From the NCBI RefSeq assembly GCF_006345805.1, contig NC_042998.1:161572001-161636000 (forward strand): a stretch of 64,000 bases of DNA, given 5' to 3'. The notes under the pieces were generated by a model that saw only the letters and a list, made by a program, of their open reading frames with translations, made no database searches and was not told the origin of the DNA. The position numbers were made by a program, and so were the translations under genes. Origin of the DNA: Octopus sinensis (taxonomy: Eukaryota). This document shows positions 23,559 to 35,313 of this stretch, piece by piece. The stretch's first letter is position 1; every line of letters begins with the position of its first letter.

Positions 23559-25626
23559 CATTTATATTTTTGCATTTACTTTTTGTGACAGCTAAATTAG
23601 TGACTTTAATAATTATATGGTTGATTTGTTGAATGCTGTAACTCTGAAGAAAACAGAATAAGCAATGAAAATAAATAAAAATAAATAAATAGCTAACACA
23701 TGGAAGCTTTTGTGACAACCGATGTGGTATTGTTTCTTCACATCCCAATTTCAATAATTTCAACATAGACTATTCAATAGTGTAGAATATTTTTCCTTGC
23801 TAAGCTCTTTCTTTTGTATTGATTGATCAATGCTAATAAACAACAGCGTTTGTGCAGCACTTCAAATGTTTACTTTGCATATTTATGCAGAAGATCCATT
23901 TAATAAGTACATGTCAACATTAAGTGCTGCAGCAACTATAGTTTGCGATGAAAATCAATCTATATTTCACTGTAATGTCTCTGTTGTGTTCTATAGATAA
24001 GAAGGGACAATATAAAATTCAATCTGGTTTATTGATTTAAAATTTGCGAGGCATCTTAAATATGCCTGCATATTGTAATAACACCATCTTTAGTAATTAT
24101 TTAAGTCTGCCAACAAAGAAGCCACTATATGGTTGTTTCTCAGGCTGGCAGAAATAGCAGTCAAATCTCCCTCAAATCATCTTTTTTACTGTTTTAAAAA
24201 AGGAAGAAAATAACAATGTAGTACTTGATAAACATACTGAGAAAATGCTCATGGCAGAAGTGCTTTTGATCATAAATATAGATGACCTAGGGCTAAAAAC
24301 TATCACCAACAACAATATCTTTCTCCCATATCAAAGCAGAACAGCTTAAATGCTTACAATGCCTAAGAAAGTCTGCACTATGATTTTCTTAGTAAATTAC
24401 AGTTGTATCTTGGACTGCCACATTGTGTTGGCAAATAAACTTTACAGTATCTATACTCATCTATATTTAACATTAGAAAAAGATGAAACTAGAAAGAATT
24501 CTCAGAGCATTGGATTAAATTGCAGTGTTTGTTCTAATTTTCTGCATTCTAAGTTCAAATCCTGCTGAGGTCAACTTTACATTCTTCTGAAGTTAATAAA
24601 AAAAAAAAAACACCAGTGAAGTACTGGAATCATCCCTCCCCCCTCTCTCTCTCCCTTTCTCTCTCTCTCTCAGTTATATTGTACTGAGAGAAGCATCATG
24701 CAGGGACCATTTATGTCTTTTTCTCTGGAAAGAGCTGAGCAAGGCGCTTGCAATCTCTTTTCACAGAAAGAACCGATAGATTACTGGAGAAGCTCAGGGA
24801 TAGACTGATGCATAGAAGAAGAAAGAGGAAGAGAGAGGGATGGTTTTGGGGACACTTAATGAGTAAAAAAGATTGGGAATATAATCACTGAAAAGGAAAT
24901 TATAGTTTATGAAATTTCTTATTCCTTTCAGTAGAATGTGCTAAGAGTAGGATATACTGCTGCTAAACAGCAACATCCATGATGATTCAGCAACAGGCTT
25001 CAACTCATTTCTGTTCGTTCTTATCTGACTCTTCTCAACATTACTACAATGGCCCCTACATATCTGAACAAACAGTTTTTTGCAAATTCCTTCGGGAATA
25101 GCCTTTTATTTCTGTGTCGCATCTTCATGCTACACTATATACACCCCACTCACATTTTTTTCTTTTTCCATAAAAGTGTTATTCTCTGAAATATTTTCTC
25201 AGCCTATATTTTACTTACAGACTCTGATTTGATGATGTTCATTATCCACATCAATTTCATCAATCTGGGAGGACCATGCAGAAGTCGTGGATGAACACTG
25301 CTACACTATCTTACATGAAATTAAAGTGTAACATGTATTCTTCAGTTGAAATATGCAATTTTTACTATATTTTATTAATGTTCCTATTGAAGTAATTGCA
25401 ATTTAGTAATTAAACATCAAAGTTTTACACTGTATACTTTGTCATAAAACAGTGAAATACTCTAAAGGCATTAATAAGATAATTAATTAGCTTATTCACC
25501 TCTGTTTTAACATGTTTTCATAGGTTCTGGTTGGCCATATTAAGTTAGTGCAAACATATTTTATGAAGGGAACATTAAAAAAGCTAAAAGGTAATGAAAA
25601 TAATGTTTATGAAATATAATCGTAAT

Positions 25627-25835
25627 CGTTTTAACATCCAATTTTCCATTGGTTAGATGGAATTTGTTGAGGCAGATTTTCTATGGCCAGGTGCCCTTCC
25701 TGTTTGCAACCCTCACCTGTTTCAAAATAAGGTAATATTTCCCCATAGTCAGATATGTTTTCACAGAATATTAGAAATGAAGGACGCCGTTTGCATTTAC
25801 AACTATCATGCAATGTCAAGACAAAGAGACAGTAA
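25627..25835 (-). mobile_element. RTE-type variant 3' tail
   Basis: Reverse complement of the 12740-12995 family (ggcagattttctatggccaggtgcccttcctg...ggtaatatttcccc). Confidence 0.65.
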
Positions 25836-26337
25836 CACACACACACACACACACACATACACATAGTGACTACCAATCACAATCACAGCATAGGCTTTAC
25901 CAAAGGAATTTTCAAAACTAGAAAAACACCTCCTGCAAACAGCCACCTGGATGCCTTAGAGATCTCCTGTCAATATTCCTCTGGTAAAGTTCAAATCATT
26001 CTGATGATGTTTGTTACACGGAACGAGATAAATGCAAGTTTACCTCAAAAATAACAAACTGAAACAGCTTGTCCAAGGTGCTATGCAGTAGAACTGATGG
26101 GACTGAACTTGGAACCATATGTTTGGAAAGCAAACTTCTTGTCACGCAGTCATATTATATGATGAGCTTATCTAAACTTTATATTATTTTCACTTTCCTT
26201 CAAATATATAAGACAACCCCATTTATCTATCACTCATATTCTGACCTGTTCAGTGAAGTATAGCCGTCATTGTAACTTCCAAAATAATGAATACCTGTAA
26301 AGTTCTTTAGAAATAGATATTTGCTTATATATATATA

Positions 26338-27929
26338 TCATCATCATCATCATCGTCGTTTAACGTCCGTTCTCCATGCTAGCATGGGTTGGACGGTTCG
26401 ACCGGGGTTCTGGGAAGCCAGAAGGCTGCACCAGGCTCCAGTCTAATTTGGCAATGTTTCTACAGCTGGATGCCCTTCCTAACGCCAACCACTCCGTGAG
26501 TGTAGTGGGTGCTTTTTACGTGCCACCTGCACAGGTGCCAGGCGGGGCTGGCAACGGCCACGGTCAGATTGGTGTATTTTATGTGCCACCGGCACGGAAG
26601 CCAGTCGAGGCGGTGCTGGCATCGGCCACGAGTCGGATAGTGCTTTTTACGTACCACCAGACCAGGGATCCTGGCTGGTTCAATTCGATTCGATTTCGCT
26701 TGCCCCAACATGTCTTCACAAGCAAAGGGGGTTGGCAAGGGTGCCTGTCGTACGGTCGCATTGGAGTATTTTACGTGCCACGGCCACGAGTCGGATAGTG
26801 CTTTTCACGTACCACCAGACCAGGGATCCTGGCTGGTTCAATTCGATTTCGATTTCGCTTGCCCCAACATGTCTTCACAAGCAAAGGGGGTTGGCATGGG
26901 TGCCTGTCGTACGGTCGCATTGGAGTATTTTACGTGCCACGGCCCCGAGTCGGATAGTGCTTTTTACGTACCACCAGGCCAGGGATCCTGGCTGGTTCAA
27001 TTCGGTTTCGATTTCGATTTCGATTTCGCTTGCCCCAACATGTCTTCGCAAGCATGGGGGGTTGGGATGGGTGTCTGTCGTCGGATGAGGTTCTATATCG
27101 ACTTCGCTTGCCTCAACCGGTCTTTGTGTCCAAGGGAGGAAAGGCATTCATAAGTGGGCTGGGCTCACTTGTCCTGCCTGGTCTTCTCATGTACAGAATA
27201 TTTCCAAAGGTCTCGGTCTCTGGTCATTTCCTCAGTGAGGCCTAAAGTTCGAAGGTCGTGCTTCACCACCTCGTCCAGGTTTTCCTGGGTCTACCTCTTC
27301 CACGGTTTCCCTCAACTGCTAGGGATTGGCACTTTCTCACACACCTATCTTCATCCATTCTCGCCACATGACCATACCAGCGCAATCGTCTCTCTTGCAC
27401 ACCACAACTGATGCTTCTTAGGTACAACATTTCTCTCAAGGTGCTAACGCTCTGTCGAGTATGTACACTGACATTACACATCCATCGGAGCATACTGGCT
27501 TCATTCCTCACGAGCTTACGCATGTCCTCAGCAGTCACAGCCCATGTTTCGCTGCCATGTAGCATGGCTGTTCGTACACACGCATCATACAGTCTGCCTT
27601 TTACTCTGAGCGAGAGGCCTTTAGTCACCAGCAGAGGTAAGAGCTCCCTAAACTTTGCCCAGGCTATTCTTATTCTAGCAGTTACACTTTCAGCGCACCC
27701 ACCCCCACTACTGACTTGGTCACCTAGATAACGGAAGCTATCAACTACTTCTAGTTTTTCCCCCTGGAAAGTGACGGAAGTTGTTTTCTGCAGATTTTCG
27801 GAGGTTAATGCTCCCGAGCATCTGCCACATACAAAAACTATCTTCCCAGTTAGCCTACCTTTGACATTGCTGCACCTCTTATGTGTCCATAGCTTACACT
27901 GGGTTCTTATGTGTCCATAGCTTACACTG

Positions 27930-27932
<3 letters not shown>
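26338..27932 (-). mobile_element. 5'-truncated RTE-clade LINE (1.6 kb) with long 3' UTR and (GAT)n tail
   Basis: RT C-terminal ORF (next feature), 3' UTR 27164-26355 containing three about 158-bp repeats, and a terminal (cat)n run on plus at about 26338-26356. Confidence 0.95.
27165..27904 (-). pseudogene. RTE ORF2 C-terminus (end of RT domain plus downstream RTE-specific region), one frameshift
   Basis: [10 protein letters not shown]...FVCGRC...EKLEVVDSFRYLGDQVSSGGGCAESVTARIRIAWAKFRELLPLL...LYDACVRTAMLHGSETW...ERRLRWYGHVARM...RGRGRPRKTW, then a 1-nt deletion near 27275. The restored frame continues EVVKHDLRTLGL...QDK* with the stop at 27165-27167. Confidence 0.93.
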
Positions 27933-27978
<46 letters not shown>

Positions 27979-28624
27979 ACACATACATGTATATGAGTGT
28001 GTATGTATATATGTGTACATGTATGTTTGTGTATATATGCATATGTACTGGTATATATGTGTGCAAGTGTGAGTGTGTGTGTCTTTTCTTCCTTCACTGT
28101 GGGTATCTGTGCTGCCCCTAATTACTATCTAAATATAAACACTTTATCCAAACAAAAAATTTGTATTGTGTAATTTCTCTGTCTGAAAAATTTCTAATCA
28201 GAAATTCCTTACATGCCGATCTAACACGTAAAACTTTGTAATTTCTATTAGCAAATGAAACATGTGTAATGGTGAATAAATAATGCCAAAGTTTACAATT
28301 TCCTGTTCAACTCTGCAAATAATATTCCCTTAATTCTCAATTTTAATATGTATTTTGAACTAACATACAGACATAACTGAGACTACATATTGGATTGTAA
28401 TAATGTAATAAGCAAATGCACTTCAAAAGCAAGCAGCTGGGATTTACCCTAACCACCTACATAATATATATATGTGTGTGTGTATAAAATATCATCATGT
28501 ACCACAGTCTTTTACCAAATGACTTTATTATTGAATGGCACTTATTAGAATGACTTAATTGAAACAACTTTACATCAGACTTGGGTCTCTGTCTATTGCT
28601 AGAAATTTTCATGGAGTCCACCAG

Positions 28625-28856
28625 AATCATCATCATCATCCTTTAACGTCTGCTTTCCATGCTAGCATGGCTTCGGCAATTTGACTGAGGGCTGGCAAAC
28701 CAGAGGGCTGCACCAGGCTCCAATGTTGACTTAGCAGAGTTTCTGCAGCTGGATGCCCTCCCTAATGCCAACCATTCCAAGAGTGTAGTGGGTGCTTTTT
28801 CGTGCCACCGGCATGAGGGCCAGTCAGGCGGTACTGGCAATGGCCACGCTAAAATG
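28625..28856 (-). mobile_element. RTE LINE 3' end
   Basis: (cat)n ctttaacgtctgctttccatgctagcatgg...gagtgtagtgggtgc. Confidence 0.85.
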
Positions 28857-29412
28857 GTTTTCTGGAAATATTTCATAGAAACCACACATTTACAACAATA
28901 TAAATTAAACTACAACTGAAAGTCTTTACACTCCTTTTCTGAGCTGGGAAATGCATCTTCTCACAAACCATAATTGTTGTTTATGTATCTAGGTGGCGCT
29001 GCTGTTACACATTCAAATATCTAAAACCCCATCAGACTAACAGGGAAGTGTTCATTCACCAATTTACTATAACTACTTAATCATTGACATTCCATCTCTT
29101 TCCTCTGTTTCTTACTATTTCCATAACTGTTACTCCACTTCTGGATCAATATTACCAGTTTAAGCAGGGATATATTATAAGAAAGCTTACATCTTTGATT
29201 ACCTTGATAATTTACATTTTTTTCTAATTAATTATCCTTGGAAATAGGAATCATCTCTAGCTGTATAACTTTCTGATTATGAGCCAAATTCAAATAATTT
29301 CTATTAAAATATTTGCACATTTCCCTTATCATTGATCGTTACAAAATCTTGTTGCTTAGAAAAGTTTGAATCATAAGCACTTCTTTAATGTATAAAAGTT
29401 AGCAAATATTGA

Positions 29413-29630
29413 TTTTAAATTTTGGTACAAGGCCAGCAATTTCGGGGGAAAATACTAGTTAATTGCATTGACCTCCATTGCTCCACTGGTGCTTATTTTA
29501 TCAACCCTAAAAGGTCAAAAGCAAAGTCATCCTCGGTGAAGTTTAGTTTGAACTTAGAATATAAAGCCAGATGAAATGTCACAAAGCATTTCGTCCGGTT
29601 TGCTAATGATTCTGCCACCTCACCATCTTA
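29413..29630 (-). mobile_element. SINE family B
   Basis: Head tgctaatgattctgccacctcaccatctta and tail aaattttggtacaaggccagcaatttcggggg. Confidence 0.75.
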
Positions 29631-30148
29631 AAGTTAATAAACATTGAGACTTAAGATCAAACTTTTCTTTCAGTACATTTTCCTACTTTTCTGTTGAGAC
29701 ATATTTCCATCTGTTGCATTGACACAACAACCCTGATGAACCATCAAGCTTACAAAGGCATTCAAACAACCAAGAGAGTATAATTTTTATTGCTTATTAC
29801 AGAAGGCTTCCAAGATTGGTGACAAAGCGAGAGGAAGGTACCCTCTGACTTTAGCAGAGTCCACTCTGTGGCAAGTATTTGGGCAAAAGCTTGTAACAGA
29901 GTAGACTCACAAAAGTCTCCTGAAGCTCAAACAGCTGGCAATGGATAAGGTGTAGCTTCTGAAACTGTTGGATATGGCAGTCATCAGATAAAAATGATAC
30001 AGGATGGGCACAGCTGGAATGCCTTTGACCACAGTTCTACTTGATGAAGTTGACATGATTGCTAAACAGCAGCAACAACAACAAAGCTGTTACATGCAAT
30101 GGTCTGTTTTGATGAGAACAAATGGCTTTTTAAAAATATTTTATTAAT

Positions 30149-30534
30149 GGAGTGGCTGTGTGGTAAGTAGCTTGCTTACCAACCACATGGTTCTGAGTTC
30201 AGTCCCACTGCGTAGCACCTTGGGCAAGTGTCTTCTACAATAGCCTCGCGCTGATCAAAGCCTTGTGAGTGGATTTGGTAGATGGAAACTGAAAGAAGCC
30301 CGTCGTATATATGTATATATATATGTGTGTGTGTGTGTTTGTCCCCCCCCCCACCAACATCGCTTGATAACCAATGCTGGTGTGTTTACATCTCCGTAAC
30401 TTAATGGTTTGGCAAAAGAGACCGATAGAATAAGTACTAGGCTTACAAAGAATTAGTCCTGGGAGCGACTTGCTCAACAAAAGGTGGTGCTCCAGCATGA
30501 CTGCAGTCAAATGACTGAAACAAGTAAAAGAGTA
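30149..30534 (+). mobile_element. SINE family A, well-preserved full-length reference copy
   Basis: tRNA-like head ggagtggctgtgtggtaag...gagttcagtccc, core ccttgggcaagtgtcttctac, internal (TA)n(TG)n, tail gactgaaacaagtaaaagagta. Confidence 0.9.
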
Positions 30535-30649
30535 ATGATCAATATTATTTTGAAACTTTGAGATGTAGCTTATCTTTTCATTTGTATCTATATGCCTGGC
30601 ACAATAACCATATTTAGTATTGTTTTTTCCGTTATATATTGACCCGAAG

Positions 30650-31042
30650 ACGGTGGGCTGGCAGAATCATTGGAGCATCAGATAAAGTGGTTTATAATAT
30701 TTTGTTACAGCTCTTTACATTTTGAGTTCAAATCTCACTGAGGCTAACTTTGCATTTTCATTCTTCCAGAGTCAATAACAAGCTAGGCCTATCAAGTACT
30801 GGAGGTGATATAACAGAGCTGGTAGAATCATTAGCACACCGGGCGAAATGCCTAGCGGTATTTTATTTGCCGCTACGTTCTGAGTTCAAATTCCGCCGAG
30901 GTCGACTTTGCCTTTCATCCTTTCGAGGTCGATTAAATAAGTTCCAGTTACAAACTGGGGTCGATATAATCGGTTTAATCCGTTTGTCTGTCCTTGTTCA
31001 TCCCCTCTGTGTTTATTCCCTTGTGGGTAGTAAAGAAATAGA
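30650..31042 (+). mobile_element. Two adjacent SINE family B copies (degraded about 30650-30800; well preserved about 30812-31042)
   Basis: gagctggtagaatcattagcac...gagttcaaattccgccgaggtcgactttgcctttcatcc. Confidence 0.85.
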
Positions 31043-31342
31043 TATAACAGAAATAGAAAACATTTGCATGTTCAAATTTACCCCCTTGCAAAATTTCTCA
31101 TCTTACACCCTGGTTAGAATTAATAATTTGATATCTTGATAATGTTAAAAAATATAATCATTAATAGCATTAAAAATTATTTTAGGTAAGTCTTGAGACT
31201 ACCTCCTTATAAGAATGTTGTTCAGACACTCAAATTAAAGAACTCAAATATTTGGCCTGAATCTCAATATATTTTATTAAAAACAATGAAACCAATATAT
31301 TTCGTTTTAAGTATTTTGTAAGACTAATTCATCAGCGTTCAT

Positions 31343-31510
31343 CCTCATCATCGTTTAACATCCGTTTTCCATGCTAGCATGGGTTGGACGGTTCCACTGG
31401 GGTCTGGGAAGCCAGGAGGGCTGCACCAGGCTCCACTCTGATCTGGCAGTGTTTCTACAGCTGGATATCCTTCCTAATGCCAACCACTCCATGAATGTAG
31501 TGGGTAATTC
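31343..31510 (-). mobile_element. RTE LINE 3' end
   Basis: catcatcgtttaacatccgttttccatgctagcatggg...aaccactccatgaatgtagtggg. Confidence 0.85.
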
Positions 31511-31579
31511 TTTTAAATAAATCATACACAAAGATGACACACAAATTAGTGAAGTGTTCCCTATTTCTCATTTGGGCAC

Positions 31580-31900
31580 AGAAATGGCTGCGTGGTTAAG
31601 AAGTTTATTTTGCAACCATTGGGTTTTTTTGCTCAATCCCACTGTGCAGTAACTACTCAGCTGTCTTTTACTATAACTGTGGGCTTTATGAATGAATTTG
31701 CGTGGAAGCCTGTCATATATACATATATGTAGGCGTGTGTGTGTGTTCCTCCACATCTGCTTGACTACTGGTGTCGGTTTCCTTGCATCTCTGTAACTTA
31801 GTGGTTTGGCAAAAGGAGTCAATATAATTATTGCCAGGAGTCAAATTGTTTGGCTAAACAATTGAAGTTGATACCCCAGCATGGCCACACTCCTGTTGCT
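31580..31900 (+). mobile_element. SINE family A, diverged
   Basis: tggctgcgtggttaagaag head; ctgtaacttagtggtttggcaaaagg body. Confidence 0.7.
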
Positions 31901-32334
31901 GGAGAAATTACTATTAATTTGATAGATATGCAAATTATTATCAGTCAGGATTTTACTTGCTGTGATGTCATAATTGCAAAAAGAGTGCCATTACAAATTA
32001 CCATTTTCCAAGAGCATTATATGAAGCATACTTATGAGAATTGGAAATGGGTCCCAATAAAGAAGCAACTTCTGCACAAGTTTTATCGAAATCATAATTT
32101 GTAATATTAGTCTACATGTTCCTGCATGACTGGCTGTTTTGCCCATGTGCTGCACAAAGGGAGGTAATAACTTGAATAGAGACATACATAGCGAGAGAAG
32201 GGAGAGGAGGGAAGATAGAGAGAAAATAGTGGATTCAATGAAAAAGTAGAAAGAGATAACATTTGTGTGTTCAAACTTCAGACACAGTTGAAATATTTAA
32301 CATAGTAAAACAATGTAATGAAGATCTATCCATT

Positions 32335-32565
32335 TGAGCATGGCCGTTGCCAGTACCGCCTGACTGGCCCTCATGCCGGTGGCACGTAACAGCAACCACT
32401 ACACTCTCGGAGTAGTTGGCATTAGGAAGGGCATCCAGCAGTAGAAACTCTGCCAGATCAAGATTGGAGCCTGGTGCATGCAGCCATCTGGTTCGCCAGT
32501 CCTCAGTCAAATTGTCGAAGCCATGCTAGCATGGAAAGTGGACGTTAAACAATGATGATGATGAT
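32335..32565 (+). mobile_element. RTE LINE 3' end
   Basis: catggccgttgccagtaccgcc...catgctagcatggaaagtggacgttaaacaatgatgatg. Confidence 0.85.
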
Positions 32566-32566
32566 A

Positions 32567-32757
32567 TTAGGCCAAAATATACTTGTTCTATCTTCAAACT
32601 GGCCAGATCTAACTTATCACAACTACCCTACAATGTCATTCTAAAAATAAGCAATCATATCAAAATTTCTAAGCTACAAAATAATGCATGATTAATTCAA
32701 AACAATTTGAATAAATAAGTACTAGATTTGACTGGGTAATCTGAATACTTAACAGTT
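32567..32757 (+). mobile_element. Partial TTAA-type MITE (uninterrupted relative of 61690-62277)
   Basis: taccctacaatgtcattctaaaaataagcaatc...ataatgcatgattaattcaaaacaatttgaataaataag matches 61770-61866. Confidence 0.7.
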
Positions 32758-32934
32758 AGAAGATATATCAATAGATAAGTAAATTAAACTGAAATAACCC
32801 TAGTTATCTTGAATATGTTAATTGCAAACAAAGCTTTGTGCTAAATTCCAAAAAATTAAAATAATGACTTAAGAAATAAAACTTTTAGATTTATTTTGGG
32901 AATTTTGCGAAAAGAGTGCAACTACATTATCCTT

Positions 32935-33235
32935 TATTTTTTACTTGTTTTGGTCATTGAACTACAGCCATACTGGAGCACTGTCTTGATGGATTTAGTC
33001 AAATACATCAACCCCAGTACTTGTGATTTTTTAAAGTATGGTACCTGTATTGGTCTCTTTTGTCAAACCAGTATGTTATGGGGATGTAAATAAATCAACA
33101 ATAGTTATCGAGCAATCATGAGCAACAAAGACAAATACAAAAGATATGTATATACGTATGTGTAGTATGTGTATGATGGGCTTTCACACAATTTCGTCAA
33201 CTGGATTCACTCACAAGGCATTAGTTAGCCTAGGG
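32935..33235 (-). mobile_element. SINE family A, diverged
   Basis: ttttacttgttttggtcattgaactacagccatactggagcac...cactcacaaggc. Confidence 0.7.
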
Positions 33236-33765
33236 TTAAAGAAACATCCAAAGTGCTTATCCAACATTGTTGCTAAGAGAGTTGGGGCTGGGCAGATAGG
33301 AGAAACAGGCAAAAGTAAAGAATATGTACACCCGATGTTTAGGGTTAGGGTTACACCAAAAAATGGGTGGTGTACATATTCTTTACCTCTGCCAAAAAAC
33401 GTTGGTTACCATAACAGAATGCAGAGTAAGGAGAGTTTAAATAAAGCCAAGATACAAAAAAAAGAGAGAGATGAACATGGATTACCTGGCTTGTCACCAA
33501 TTCAGACAGACAACAATGTAGAGAAATAGATATAAATATTTAATGAAGATTTCGGTAATTCTCTCATATGCTTTATCTTATCTTGCTTCTTTCCATTATG
33601 TTTTTATTTCATTTGGTTTTCTTTAGTTATAAAATGTTCTGCTTACTGTCATGCTATAGTATTTTTTACTCTATTTATTTTCTGTCTGTGCTGATTTCAT
33701 TACATAACAAAATATATAACGTGTGTATTATATTTCTAAATGAAACACTATACATACATACATAA

Positions 33766-33982
33766 TACTCTTTTTACTTGATTTAGTCATTTGACCGTGG
33801 CCATGCTGGAGCACCGCCTTTTAGTCGAGCAAATCGACCACAGGATTTATTCTTTGTAAGCCTAGTACTTATTCTATCGGGCTCTTTTGCCGAACTGCTA
33901 AGTTATGGGGGACGTAAACACACCAGCATCAGTTGTCAAGCAATGCTAGGGGAACAAACACAGACACACAAACATACACACA

Positions 33983-34027
<45 letters not shown>

Positions 34028-34062
34028 TATATATATATGACGGGCTTCTTTCAGTTTCCGTC
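33766..34062 (-). mobile_element. SINE family A, 3' two-thirds (head lost)
   Basis: Near-consensus tail and body, with internal (TA)n, ending abruptly at cagtttccgtc. Confidence 0.85.
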
Positions 34063-34218
34063 ATTTCTGGGGTCTGGTTGTCCAGTCAGATAAAAGACAC
34101 TTACATCCATTATTGGGCACTACCTCCTTCATCAGGGAAAAATAAATCTCTAAAAAAGGCGTTTTCATAATGGGAATTACCTACTGAGTGTTTATAGAGC
34201 TATATGCAAAAGAACAGG

Positions 34219-34933
34219 GAGTGGACGTGTTTTTGAGTGGTTGGAGGAGAAAAACACGTCCACTCTGTCCACACTGTCGCTGGTGGGTCCTTGACAATCC
34301 GAGAGAACTGCACTAAAGACCACTGCACAGCCCAAAAGGAACGGTCTGGTGAGCTGTTGAAAAGCTGATGTCATTGGTCCTCGTTTTTTTGAAGACAGTA
34401 ATAGAAATGCTGTTACTGTGAACTCTGAGTGTTACATTGAGATGATAAACAACTTCTTTGTGCCTGAATTATGACGAACGTATACTTATTTGATGTGTGT
34501 GGTTTCAGCAGGTTGGGGCAAAGGACCACACAACCAGAGCATCAATAGACGTTCTTCGCCCTCATTTCCAGGTTTGCTGACATTCCTTGGCCCCCTCAAT
34601 TCCCTGATTTGTCCATGTGTGATTATTTCTTGTAGAGGAAACCTCAAGGCACATGTGTATGCGCATAAGCCCCATACATTGTACGATTTGAAGGAAGCTA
34701 TTGTCATGGAAATCGTCCAAATCGACAGAGTAATGCTGGAGAGAGTGGAGGCCAATTTCCAAGAACGCCTTCAGAAATGCATCAATGAAAATGGACACCA
34801 CATGATGGATGTTGTTTTTCACACTTGATTTTGACAAATGCTAATTCAATACGATGTCAATAAAATTTGTTTGCAGCTAAAAATGATTTTGTGAAATTTT
34901 CAAAAACAACTGTCCTCTCTGCCTCACCCTGTA
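34219..34933 (+). mobile_element. 5'-truncated Tc1/mariner-superfamily transposon, maT/DD37D-like
   Basis: Translated pieces RPLHSPK.TVW, VIGP.FFED...TVNSE.YIEMINNFFVPEL, WFQQVGA, IPWPP..PDLSMCDYFL.GNLKAHVYAHKPHTL.DLKEAI...RVEANFQERLQKCINENGHH; stop at 34826-34828. Right end ...cctcaccctg followed by TA (34932-34933), i.e. a TACAGGGTG-type terminus. A deletion prevents counting the D-D spacing. Confidence 0.8.
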
Positions 34934-34950
34934 CTTTTGTAGAGTACGAA

Positions 34951-35313
34951 TTAATTGCCTTAGCGAAGGCAGAGGTATTGTTTTCAGTCGTGTGTGTTTG
35001 TTTGTTAGTTTGCTGTGGACAAAATATCTCAAGAACTGCTGGATTAATTCAGATGAAACTTTCAGGAATATTTGACCTCGTGACTGGCAAGAACTGTTTA
35101 GATTTGGGGATTGATCCAATACCGGACAAGGATTCTGGATTATTTTTCCTGTTTTGTACTTCATTTTGGTCGGGTTCATTTTTAGCATTCTCGTTTGTAA
35201 GAGATGTCAAGTTTATTTCAGATATTCTCATTTTAAAGATCATCTCTGGTTAATCGTTGAGAGGTCGTTGGTGTTGCATTGGCGGAGGTTTGTGCTCTCT
35301 GATTGTTCTTGTT
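34951..35313 (+). mobile_element. Probable non-autonomous Helentron/HINE-like element
   Basis: 5' ttaattgccttagcgaaggcagaggtattgttttc...tgtttgtttgttag and 3' ttggcggaggtttgtgctctctgattgttcttgtt resemble the subterminal motifs of such elements as I recall them. Confidence 0.5.

Noticed and set aside
23261-23766. Long ORFs with poly-I/L/N/Y stretches
   Set aside because: Translations of the (AAT)n microsatellite. The same applies to the ORFs at 38272-38549, 44979-45454, 45808-46047, 46921-47594 and 50793-51264.
24930-25330. Possible piggyBac transposase remnant (IRTNRNELKP) or exon QCSSTTSAWSSQIDEIDVDNEHHQIRV with a gtaagt donor
   Set aside because: Similarity too short, acceptor poor, many stops; neither reading can be supported.
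26376-27245. Several overlapping 60-147-aa ORFs with repeated peptides
   Set aside because: They lie in the GC-rich RTE 3' UTR tandem repeats; frames are open on both strands with no protein motifs.
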